A program made the translations under genes and the position numbers. A stretch of DNA of 64,000 bases from Oligoflexales bacterium (GTDB lineage Bacteria > Bdellovibrionota_B > Oligoflexia > Oligoflexales > RGVZ01): assembly GCA_044236265.1 (NCBI GenBank), contig JBIIGV010000001.1, positions 1-64,000 on the forward strand. Reading direction: 5' to 3'. This document shows, one piece after another, positions 48,972 through 57,519 of the stretch (position 1 is its first letter; each line of letters opens with the position of its first letter). Under the pieces are notes generated by a model. The model was not told the DNA's origin. It ran no database searches and worked only from the letters and a program-made list of their open reading frames with translations.

Positions 48972-51341
48972 ATGCGAGCAATTTTCATATTTTTGCTTGT
49001 TTTCCTTTGTGCTGGTTCCTTGCCGGTCTCAGCAGCGTCGCCTAAAAATACAAACCAAAAAAAGAAATCATCACCCATCGTGGAAGAAAAAGCGGTTGAT
49101 TTAGGCAAAGCGAGCTTTAAGGAAATTCTCGATCGGTATGTGTTTATTGCAGATTTCAGTATTAAAAGCCCTGAGCGCCCGATCTCTGACGAGGTCTTCT
49201 GGAAATATCCATTTAAGCTCCCTCCCGTGAAGTTTGAATTAGATTTCACAACCTATGATCTGCGCAAGCTAGTCTTTCAGATGCGCGGAGCTGGGAGGCA
49301 TCTAGAGGCATTTAATGACGGCAGGGCAGCCTTCCTTGAAAAACAATATCTAAAAGCCACCGAAATCTGGTTTGCAGGAAGAAATACACAGACTGATGCA
49401 TCGATGATAAAGATTCTGGATTTTTTTCTCGCAGTCAATGCTCTCGCTTTCTATCAAGATCGTCTTGCCGATACAAAAAATCCCCCGACGGAAAAAGAAC
49501 TTGAGGGGCTTTTAAAGCAAGTAGCTTATTTTATGGCGTCCGTATTTATCTCAAAACGCGATATCCCAGAGGCGAGAATTGATCAATATGCCCCATGGGC
49601 TCTTTACAATATCGCGGCGATCTATCAGCGATTTGATCGGATGCCAAGTGTGTATGGCGCAGCGACCGAGGCGCTCTCAGCTCTTCTGAAATCTGGGAAA
49701 AATCTTCATCGCTCAGAATTGCGGCAGTTGACTGCCGAGGCACATCTAAAAAATCAAGATCTTTTGAGTGCCATTCAAGAGCTTGATACAGCGCTTAGAC
49801 AGGATCCTGATCCTTTGCAAGCATCTCGTATTTTCAACCGTGCTGGAGACATCTATTACGATCTAAATAATTATGAACTCGCAGAAGACATGTACGCGAT
49901 GGCAAGCGCCGTTGAACGTGAGCGTCGAGTTTATAACGCAGGCCAAGCTGTCCTGCGGGGTGAAACGGCGTTTTGGCTTGGACGATTCGAAGAGGCCGAA
50001 AAAATGCTGAATTTTGCCATCGATGCTTCCATGAGAGCTCCCGGAAATGAATGGCTTCAAGATAGTCAAACGTTGCCTTGGGTGAACCTTCGCTCCGCAG
50101 ATGCTCTTTTAGCGCGTGCCTCCAAAGCAAAAGACAAGCAACGCAGCGAGCTTTTTGCGCGGGCGCGACTTGCCTATTTTGGTGTTCAAACTAATTACCC
50201 AAAGTCGGAGGCAGCAAAGATTGCTGAGGTCAGACGCGCTTGCATGGAACTTCCAAACTATGAAGGAAATAACATCAAGCATTCGCGCGAGTTGCTTTCT
50301 GCTGTGAAAGAAAAAAAGGACGTGCCAGAAGTGCTCATGGAGCTTGTGTGGGCGTGTCATGCAAAAAGCTTTAGCGATCGCGAAAAGTCAGATGAGATGG
50401 TGACTCAGGTCAAGGGATTTTCAGAAAAATATCCTCGCAGTCGACATTTATCTGGGATGATTGATCCAGTTAGAGACGTTCAGGCGTCCAAAATCGATAG
50501 CTATTTTCAAAAAAAGCAGTGGGAGAATGCAACTCAATTTTTTGAGCAGCGGCGCACAGCTTTGTTTCCCAGGGTTTCAGATGGCTTGGCGACAAACCTC
50601 TGGACGGCCTACGTCTCAACGAGTCGAAGTGACGCTGCTGCAGAATTCTGGAGATCAAGTGCTCCGGCTCCAAAGTCTGATCTGGAGGTCCTAAGAGCTG
50701 CAGCATTCTTTTACGAAGCAGGCGCTGCGAAAGGTAAAGACCATTTTAGAAAGCAACGAGCGAATTTGGATAAAGTACTTCTAGGTCGCAAATGGGGCGA
50801 AAAGCCGTCGTCGGCAGAAGACGTTGGGTATTTAAGTCGAGTCCTTAGTTCTCCGCGCGTGGCTACGGCCTATCCATGGATTCTTAGGCTTCAAGATCAG
50901 TGGGGAAAAAATGATCCTGAAAATGGTTGCGCGGTGTTGTTCCCTCTCCTTTCTCGAATTCAGTCGGATGCCAAAGCGCGCAAGATATTATCATCAGACA
51001 TGCAGCGGCGAGTGACGTCTTTTGGAGAAAAAAGTCTGTCTGAACTTAAAGAGAAAGATCCAACCTGCTTTCAGTCCTGGTTAGACTTAGAGGCGCGAGT
51101 GCTGTCGCCTTTGGAGCTTGTGAAGTTGTATACAGCGAGAAAAGATTGGCCAATGACTGGTCCTTGGCTAGAGAGATCGTGGGCGTGGTCTGAGGATCTC
51201 AATTCGCGGGGACGTTCGAAAGAGGCGCGAGAAATCTGGCAGAAAATTTTGGACTCTGCTCCAAAAGAAAGTTTCGAGTACAAGATGGCAAAGACCCGGC
51301 TTGATCCAGCCAGAACCGAATATGAGTCTCTTTGGCGATAG
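48972..51341 (+). CDS. Large secreted TPR-repeat protein
   Basis: Signal peptide; TPR units (AGDIYYDLNNYELAEDMY, GETAFWLGRFEEA); 5 nt after motB. Confidence 0.75.
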   Translation: MRAIFIFLLVFLCAGSLPVSAASPKNTNQKKKSSPIVEEKAVDLGKASFKEILDRYVFIADFSIKSPERPISDEVFWKYPFKLPPVKFELDFTTYDLRKLVFQMRGAGRHLEAFNDGRAAFLEKQYLKATEIWFAGRNTQTDASMIKILDFFLAVNALAFYQDRLADTKNPPTEKELEGLLKQVAYFMASVFISKRDIPEARIDQYAPWALYNIAAIYQRFDRMPSVYGAATEALSALLKSGKNLHRSELRQLTAEAHLKNQDLLSAIQELDTALRQDPDPLQASRIFNRAGDIYYDLNNYELAEDMYAMASAVERERRVYNAGQAVLRGETAFWLGRFEEAEKMLNFAIDASMRAPGNEWLQDSQTLPWVNLRSADALLARASKAKDKQRSELFARARLAYFGVQTNYPKSEAAKIAEVRRACMELPNYEGNNIKHSRELLSAVKEKKDVPEVLMELVWACHAKSFSDREKSDEMVTQVKGFSEKYPRSRHLSGMIDPVRDVQASKIDSYFQKKQWENATQFFEQRRTALFPRVSDGLATNLWTAYVSTSRSDAAAEFWRSSAPAPKSDLEVLRAAAFFYEAGAAKGKDHFRKQRANLDKVLLGRKWGEKPSSAEDVGYLSRVLSSPRVATAYPWILRLQDQWGKNDPENGCAVLFPLLSRIQSDAKARKILSSDMQRRVTSFGEKSLSELKEKDPTCFQSWLDLEARVLSPLELVKLYTARKDWPMTGPWLERSWAWSEDLNSRGRSKEAREIWQKILDSAPKESFEYKMAKTRLDPARTEYESLWR

Positions 51342-51434
51342 GTCGCTATTTTTGGAAAAAAACGATTAAAGCCAAATTTCCCCAATTAATCTGACAGAAT
51401 TGCTAACCCATAGAGTCAATCCACCTAACTCTGA

Positions 51435-51462
51435 CTAATCATAAACAGCGCCCGTCCGATAC
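51435..51462 (+). promoter_or_regulatory. Putative sigma28 (FliA) promoter of the MCP gene
   Basis: CTAAT-N15-TCCGATAC versus consensus TAAA-N15-GCCGATAA, about 45 nt before the ATG. Confidence 0.5.
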
Positions 51463-51506
51463 CCTTTTGAAGTGTCTTCTATACGGCAAGTCAAAGAGGT
51501 GCTGCG

Positions 51507-53096
51507 ATGAAAACGACTCTTTTTGCGAGTCCCCTATTTCTTTCAACTTTAGTCGTTGGACCAACCATAGCTATCATGATGGCCCCGATGTTTGAGGCAA
51601 CCTGGCTACAGATCGCGATATTTGCAGCCGTCAGTGGTCTGGCTTCTGTGATTGGCCTTTTGCTCATCCATCTCGAAAATGAGCGGATAAAACGTGAATA
51701 CGAACAAAAAGTTGCAAGCCAAAAGGTGGAGATATCAAAGCTCCAAAATGAAATTGAAGCCAAGGCATCATTAGAGTCCATTCAGATTCACGCAAATAAG
51801 CGCACAGAGATTTTACAGAAAAGCTACGATGAAAAACTAAGCGAAATAACTCGTCAAAAAGATCTTTTAAAGACCCAATTACTCATGGCAAATGAAACAC
51901 TTTCTTCTGAGCGTAAATTAAAGGCTGACCTGATGGAGGAAGTGGTTCACCTGCGTGCTCAGGTGTCTTCTCAGGTAAACTTTGATAAATCCAAAAGTGG
52001 AATGTCACTTATCGTTCGTGGTCTTGAAAATTCTTTAGGAGAAAAAGACGAGCTCCTTTTGACCCATGAAAATCTATTACGTAAGATTTTAGATCTTGTG
52101 CCAGCCATTCACAGGCAGTTGGACGGTGTTATCCATCATACCGAATCAAGTGCGATCGAAATTGGCGAAAAAATTCGTCAAATTTACGACAAGGCGCATG
52201 GGAATATGAAAGAGTCGAACGAAATTGCAAGTCAGTTTACAGGAGATGAGCTTAACGGCCATGTTGAGTCGAATAAGTCCCTTTCGGCAGTTATCAATGA
52301 AGCTTTGGCTTTGTTGTCCCAGATGACGACGATGTTAGAGGAACATGGGCGTTTAAACGGCGACTACTCTGTGTCGGCTGCTGAAATTCTGAGTCACACG
52401 GCAAGCATCAATAAAATCACCGAGGAAATTCAATATATATCTGATCAGACTAATCTTCTTGCCTTGAATGCAGCAATTGAAGCCGCTCGCGCAGGCGAGC
52501 ATGGGCGAGGATTCGGGGTTGTCGCGGAAGAGGTCAGAAAGCTATCAGACCGAACAAATCAGGCGTCTGCAGATATCACCCAGATTGTTGCAAGGGTGAA
52601 TGATTCTGTGCAGCACATTTCAATTTCACTAGAGAAGAATATTGAAAAGACGCGTTCTAATCGTGAAATGATTGATGAGGCCGTCACTGGCTTAACTCAC
52701 AAGGCGAAGGAATCGACAGAGATTTTTGCAAAACTTGTACAGAGTTCAGTGGCTAGCTCAGAAAGTGTCGCAGAAAATATCGATCAAATTGTTACAAGCT
52801 TGCAGTTTCAGGACATTACGCGTCAGCAGATCCAAGGCGCTATGAGTCCTTTGAGGCAGGTTGGTGGTCTTGCAGAAGAAATGCTCACTAGATTTGGCGG
52901 GCGCGCCGATGCTCCAAAGTCTGATCTTGGCAACACAATTCCTCTACATCGCAAGGCCTCACCAGAGGAGGCGCCCATTGTGAAGGCCGTCTCTATGCCG
53001 ACAACTGAGAATTCAGATGAAAATGTAACTTCAGATTCAAAGTCTGATGCTGATGCAGCCAAAATTGCCGTTGGCGGCGATGTTCTTTTGTTTTGA
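51507..53096 (+). CDS. Methyl-accepting chemotaxis protein (atypical)
   Basis: ISDQTNLLALNAAIEAARAGEHGRGFGVVAEEVRKLS; two adjacent N-terminal TMs, long coiled coil. Confidence 0.92.
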   Translation: MKTTLFASPLFLSTLVVGPTIAIMMAPMFEATWLQIAIFAAVSGLASVIGLLLIHLENERIKREYEQKVASQKVEISKLQNEIEAKASLESIQIHANKRTEILQKSYDEKLSEITRQKDLLKTQLLMANETLSSERKLKADLMEEVVHLRAQVSSQVNFDKSKSGMSLIVRGLENSLGEKDELLLTHENLLRKILDLVPAIHRQLDGVIHHTESSAIEIGEKIRQIYDKAHGNMKESNEIASQFTGDELNGHVESNKSLSAVINEALALLSQMTTMLEEHGRLNGDYSVSAAEILSHTASINKITEEIQYISDQTNLLALNAAIEAARAGEHGRGFGVVAEEVRKLSDRTNQASADITQIVARVNDSVQHISISLEKNIEKTRSNREMIDEAVTGLTHKAKESTEIFAKLVQSSVASSESVAENIDQIVTSLQFQDITRQQIQGAMSPLRQVGGLAEEMLTRFGGRADAPKSDLGNTIPLHRKASPEEAPIVKAVSMPTTENSDENVTSDSKSDADAAKIAVGGDVLLF

Positions 53097-53138
53097 TTAA
53101 TTTTCTGCAAGCTTGCAATCACTGTGGAGTGTTGACGT

Positions 53139-56100
53139 ATGGGTCGTAAGACACATTTTAATCGGCTGGAGATTATTAGCACTTCGTTGATGATAGTTAT
53201 TGCTTTCCAGATAGCTTCTTGCAAGCAGAGAGATTCCAGTAAAAAGCTTATCTCCAAGGAAACGCCGCCGATCCCCCGCGTTGACGTAAACCCAGTTGAT
53301 CAGGGTCGAGTTGAGGAGCTTCGTGTACAATTTAAACAGACGCTGGCAAAAATTCAAAGTGACCCAGAAGGGGTGCGCAGCATTTTGCGCGAGTCGATGC
53401 CGACTCCAGCAAAGAGTCGCGCAAAAACATTTATTATTCGTCTCAGACCAGGTTCGCCTTTCATGTTGGCAGGTGAAAACCCAGACACGCCTATTCTTGC
53501 GGCGGGTGGTGTGATTAAGAGTCGGCTTGAATTGGTAAGTGCCGTAACAGCTGAGTTTCCTGATTCTGACAGCGAAGATCATCTGATCGCAGTAAAGAAA
53601 TTTTTAACGGATAGTTTGCACGTTTTATCGGTTGAGCCGGATTTCAAGGTCAAGGCAATTGCGGTTCCCAATGATCCGAGATTCTCAGAGCTATGGGGTC
53701 TAAATGGGACAGGGACTACCCGTTATGACATTCGCGCAGCCAATGCCTGGAACTTGTCGACAGGGTCGGCGTCTGTGGCTGTTGGCGTTGTGGATACTGG
53801 CGTTGACTATACACATCAGGACTTGGCAGCAAATATTTGGCAGAACCCAGGCGAGAGTGGGTTGGATTCACTTGGTCGCGATAAGCGAACCAACAAGATT
53901 GATGACGATAACAACGGATACGTGGATGACTTCCGTGGCTGGGATTTTTTTGACGGTGACAACAATCCTATGGATGAGAATAGCCATGGGACACACGTGG
54001 CAGGAACGATCGGTGCCGTGGGTAATAACGGCATTGGAATTACCGGGGTTAATTGGAATGTTAAAATAGTTCCACTGCGGTTTTTGGATGCCGACGGTTC
54101 TGGGTACATAAGCGACGCGATTTCTGCCATCCAATACTCGGTCAAACTTGGTCTATTTGCCACCAATCACAGCTGGGGTGGAGGGTCATTTTCTCAGGCC
54201 ATGTTTGATGCCATTGGTGCGGCCAACACAGCTGGCCAGCTATTCTTAGCAGCTGCTGGCAATGAATCATCAAATAACGATGTAACCGCTCATTATCCAT
54301 CAAACTATAACCAGTCCAACATCATATCCGTTGCTGCTATCGACAAGGTCGGGTCTCTGGCGTGGTTTTCAAACTATGGCAAGACAAAGGTTCATCTTGC
54401 CGCGCCCGGTGTGGCTATCCTGTCTACGATCAAAGGCAATTCCTACGCATCCTATCAGGGGACCTCAATGGCAACACCACACGTTGCCGGTGCTGCAGCG
54501 CTAATCAAGGCGCACAACCCATCCTTATCGGCAGCAGATATTAAGAACAGATTGATGACATCAGTGACCAAGCTCGCCTCCCTAAAGGACCGTGTAATCG
54601 CCGGTGGCACGATGAACCTTGAGGCTGCCATGGCAGCTGGGCCTGATACGGTTGCTCCAAATCCCCCGTCTGGGCTGGCTGTTATTTCAAGAGGACTGAG
54701 GTCAGCGAACATTGGCTGGACAACCGCGACCGATAATAATGACGGCGGTGTGATCAGCGGATATGAAGTCAGATTTGCGGATACCCCTATTTCAAATGAG
54801 ATATCTTGGGGCGCCGCTAAGATCATCAACGATGTAACGTTTCAAAGCCAGGCCAGTCAGGTCGTTGCAACCTTAATTTTGCCATCAGGCGCCTCTGGCT
54901 ATGTTGCAGTCAAATCTATTGATGGTTCCGGAAATCTTTCAACGATCAGTACAAGCGTCCAACTAACCCTCGTGCCATTTAATCAGGTGGCAGCATATTC
55001 TGGTGAGACGATGGATGGAATCCCCACTACCCCTTGGATTATTGAAAGCGATAGTTTGCGCGGTCGCGTCTTTAGCGACGGCTCTGGTCGCTATCCCGCC
55101 AATACCACTCGTCACTTGAAGTTGCCGGCAATTGCTATTCGCAGTTCTGACAACTTGGTGGTCCGCTTTTGGCATCGATTGGATATCGAAAATATTTTTG
55201 ACAAAGGACTGGTTACGATTGAGTCAAATCTGCCGAATTCTGAAAAAATTGTAGAATCCTATCGATACAAGGTTGGCGAGTGGACTCAGGTCGAGCTTGA
55301 TTTGTCGTCATTTGTGCAACAGTTCGAACAGATTCCTGAAGTCCAATCAATCACTATTGGGTTTAAGCTTGCAAGTGATTCGAGTATCGAGGCCGATGGA
55401 TGGTTTATCGACGACATTGTGATTCTTGGCCAGCCATCTGCACTTACAGTTACTGGAGTTCCCGAAAACAACAGTACAAAAACTGCATTCAACGTTTCAC
55501 TAAACCAAACGACCGAGCAATCATCCATAAAGATTGATCAGTATGCATGGACTTATTTTCAGTCCTCCTCGTCGATCTCTGATTGTGGATCGCCAGCTAG
55601 CGATCAGCTGCGCCCATTGTCTCAGCCGATGACTGGTGTCATTAGTGAACTTGGGAAGAATGTCATTTGCATTTATGCCCCCCTTAAGGACTATTCGGCG
55701 AGCGTAAAGCGTTTTTATTCCTGGAACCGCATAGCAGCTGTTCCCCCTGTGGCTGTTGTATCAGGACTTCCAAGCACTCCATCAAATCTGTCGTCATTTA
55801 CCGGTACTGTTTCGGGTGTCGGTGTGGAGTCTTATGCTTTTGTCGTAGTTGCTAATGACGAGTCTCTTTGTGGTGCGGCGGCATACGATAGCTGGAGGCC
55901 CATTTCGGAATCTTTTTCGGTGACTGTCTCGCGGGATCAAAATACGATTGTTTGTGTGAAGGGTAAAAATGCCGAGGGGACCATCCAATCGGGATACACT
56001 AAGGTTTCCTGGGTCAGTGACTTTACGCCTCCAACCGTAATTTTAAGTGGTGATCCCCCGACATCAACCACTAAGCCTGCTGGCGTGATTACGATTCAAG

Positions 56101-57485
56101 GCGGTGACGTCGCAGGTTATGTGTTTGCAACTGGCGCAGCAGAATGTGGTGCCTATGGCTCTATCACTCCTGTGGCAAGCAAGGTTTCGCTATCTCTGAC
56201 GCCAAACGGAGATGGTCCGCGGCGAATTTGTGTCAAGGGTGTAGATCAAGCAGGAAACCAGCAGCAAGAGCCTACAGTGCTTAGCTGGATTCAAGACACT
56301 GTGGTGCAGCCGATTGGGTTTGTTGGCCTTCCCTCTGCGGTTTCAAACGCCAAGGTTATGAGTGTCACGGCGGTGGCTTCAGAAGCAGGAAAATATAGAT
56401 ACGTTATTAAATCAGGTTCGACTTGTGACCTTGCGGCCTTGAAGTTGGCAGCTCTTCGCGATTTATCTACGAAGATTCTTGATCCACTGCCATCTGCAGA
56501 CGGGGTCTACACGCTGTGTGGCCGATTAATTGATGCCGCTGGAAACGAGCAGGAATCGCCAACGGCCTACACATGGACTAAAGACACGACACCCCCAACG
56601 GCTTTGCTTTCCAATTTGCCGCCCCCTAAGACCGCCTCCATGACGATCTCCGTTCAGGTATCTGGCGCAGGGGTTAGTAGTTATTTATACAGCATCGTCA
56701 CAGGAAGTTTGCCATGTGATCCAGCTGCAGCGTCTCCCCTTAATTTTGTGTCCTCGGCCACGCCGATTACCTCGACGCTAACGACGAGAGGGGTTTATAA
56801 GCTTTGTGTGAAAGGCGTGGATTCGGTTGGAAACATTCAGGCACAGGCGACAATCCACACATGGGAGATCACGACTGCGCCGGTTCTGTCCGCTGGGTTA
56901 TTGCGGGTTCCAGTGTCTCCAAACTCACGAGGATTCGTAAACATCGGAGTTACGAGTCCAGCGGGTCAAAATATCACAAAATATGTCTACGCTTTTGCGC
57001 CGGGCGTTCCTGCAAACTGTGCCAGAGTCACAACTTGGAGTACTGTCAGAAGCTTATCCTCCCCAATTACAGAGAATCTGGGCTCCTATCAGGGATATCG
57101 AACATTGTGCGTAAAAGGCATTGACCGTGATGGATTTGAGCAGATGATCCCGACTGTGATCACTTGGCTAAAAATTAACGGCGCGCAGTATAGCCCATCA
57201 TCTTCTCTTTACGGTGCTGTAGGTGTGACCAGTAAGACGAGTTCATCGATTAATTTCGCGATCACAAGAAACACTACAACGAGACAAACCATATCAGTAA
57301 AGGTTTGCCGTTTAAATGCATCAACAGGTGCTATTGATGGGGCGTCTTGTCGAACCCAAAGCCTGACGTTTAACTCTGGTATAAAGCAGATCCAGGCCGC
57401 ACAAGCAGGCCTTAGCCCTGGAGATCATATTCTAGTGGTTCTGCCGTCGTCCGGAAAAGTCGAGCCTTTAAATTTCTCTTTATAA
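53139..57485 (+). CDS. Multidomain S8 subtilisin-like lipoprotein (S8, FN3-like, jelly-roll domain, six Cys-containing Ig-like repeats)
   Basis: Lipobox IAS-C; triad VVDTG / HGTHVAG / GTSMATPHV; AAAGN oxyanion; DGWFIDDI; repeated CVKG.D.AGN units. Confidence 0.92.
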   Translation: MGRKTHFNRLEIISTSLMIVIAFQIASCKQRDSSKKLISKETPPIPRVDVNPVDQGRVEELRVQFKQTLAKIQSDPEGVRSILRESMPTPAKSRAKTFIIRLRPGSPFMLAGENPDTPILAAGGVIKSRLELVSAVTAEFPDSDSEDHLIAVKKFLTDSLHVLSVEPDFKVKAIAVPNDPRFSELWGLNGTGTTRYDIRAANAWNLSTGSASVAVGVVDTGVDYTHQDLAANIWQNPGESGLDSLGRDKRTNKIDDDNNGYVDDFRGWDFFDGDNNPMDENSHGTHVAGTIGAVGNNGIGITGVNWNVKIVPLRFLDADGSGYISDAISAIQYSVKLGLFATNHSWGGGSFSQAMFDAIGAANTAGQLFLAAAGNESSNNDVTAHYPSNYNQSNIISVAAIDKVGSLAWFSNYGKTKVHLAAPGVAILSTIKGNSYASYQGTSMATPHVAGAAALIKAHNPSLSAADIKNRLMTSVTKLASLKDRVIAGGTMNLEAAMAAGPDTVAPNPPSGLAVISRGLRSANIGWTTATDNNDGGVISGYEVRFADTPISNEISWGAAKIINDVTFQSQASQVVATLILPSGASGYVAVKSIDGSGNLSTISTSVQLTLVPFNQVAAYSGETMDGIPTTPWIIESDSLRGRVFSDGSGRYPANTTRHLKLPAIAIRSSDNLVVRFWHRLDIENIFDKGLVTIESNLPNSEKIVESYRYKVGEWTQVELDLSSFVQQFEQIPEVQSITIGFKLASDSSIEADGWFIDDIVILGQPSALTVTGVPENNSTKTAFNVSLNQTTEQSSIKIDQYAWTYFQSSSSISDCGSPASDQLRPLSQPMTGVISELGKNVICIYAPLKDYSASVKRFYSWNRIAAVPPVAVVSGLPSTPSNLSSFTGTVSGVGVESYAFVVVANDESLCGAAAYDSWRPISESFSVTVSRDQNTIVCVKGKNAEGTIQSGYTKVSWVSDFTPPTVILSGDPPTSTTKPAGVITIQGGDVAGYVFATGAAECGAYGSITPVASKVSLSLTPNGDGPRRICVKGVDQAGNQQQEPTVLSWIQDTVVQPIGFVGLPSAVSNAKVMSVTAVASEAGKYRYVIKSGSTCDLAALKLAALRDLSTKILDPLPSADGVYTLCGRLIDAAGNEQESPTAYTWTKDTTPPTALLSNLPPPKTASMTISVQVSGAGVSSYLYSIVTGSLPCDPAAASPLNFVSSATPITSTLTTRGVYKLCVKGVDSVGNIQAQATIHTWEITTAPVLSAGLLRVPVSPNSRGFVNIGVTSPAGQNITKYVYAFAPGVPANCARVTTWSTVRSLSSPITENLGSYQGYRTLCVKGIDRDGFEQMIPTVITWLKINGAQYSPSSSLYGAVGVTSKTSSSINFAITRNTTTRQTISVKVCRLNASTGAIDGASCRTQSLTFNSGIKQIQAAQAGLSPGDHILVVLPSSGKVEPLNFSL

Positions 57486-57519
57486 ATAAAAAGTTTGCAG
57501 ATCAACTTGGGTTCCCTGA

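Noticed and set aside
53097..53582. 161-aa minus-strand ORF over the S8 gene 5' end (likewise 61230-61796 over glpK/fmt)
   Set aside because: Overlaps confident genes and has no motif or RBS support.
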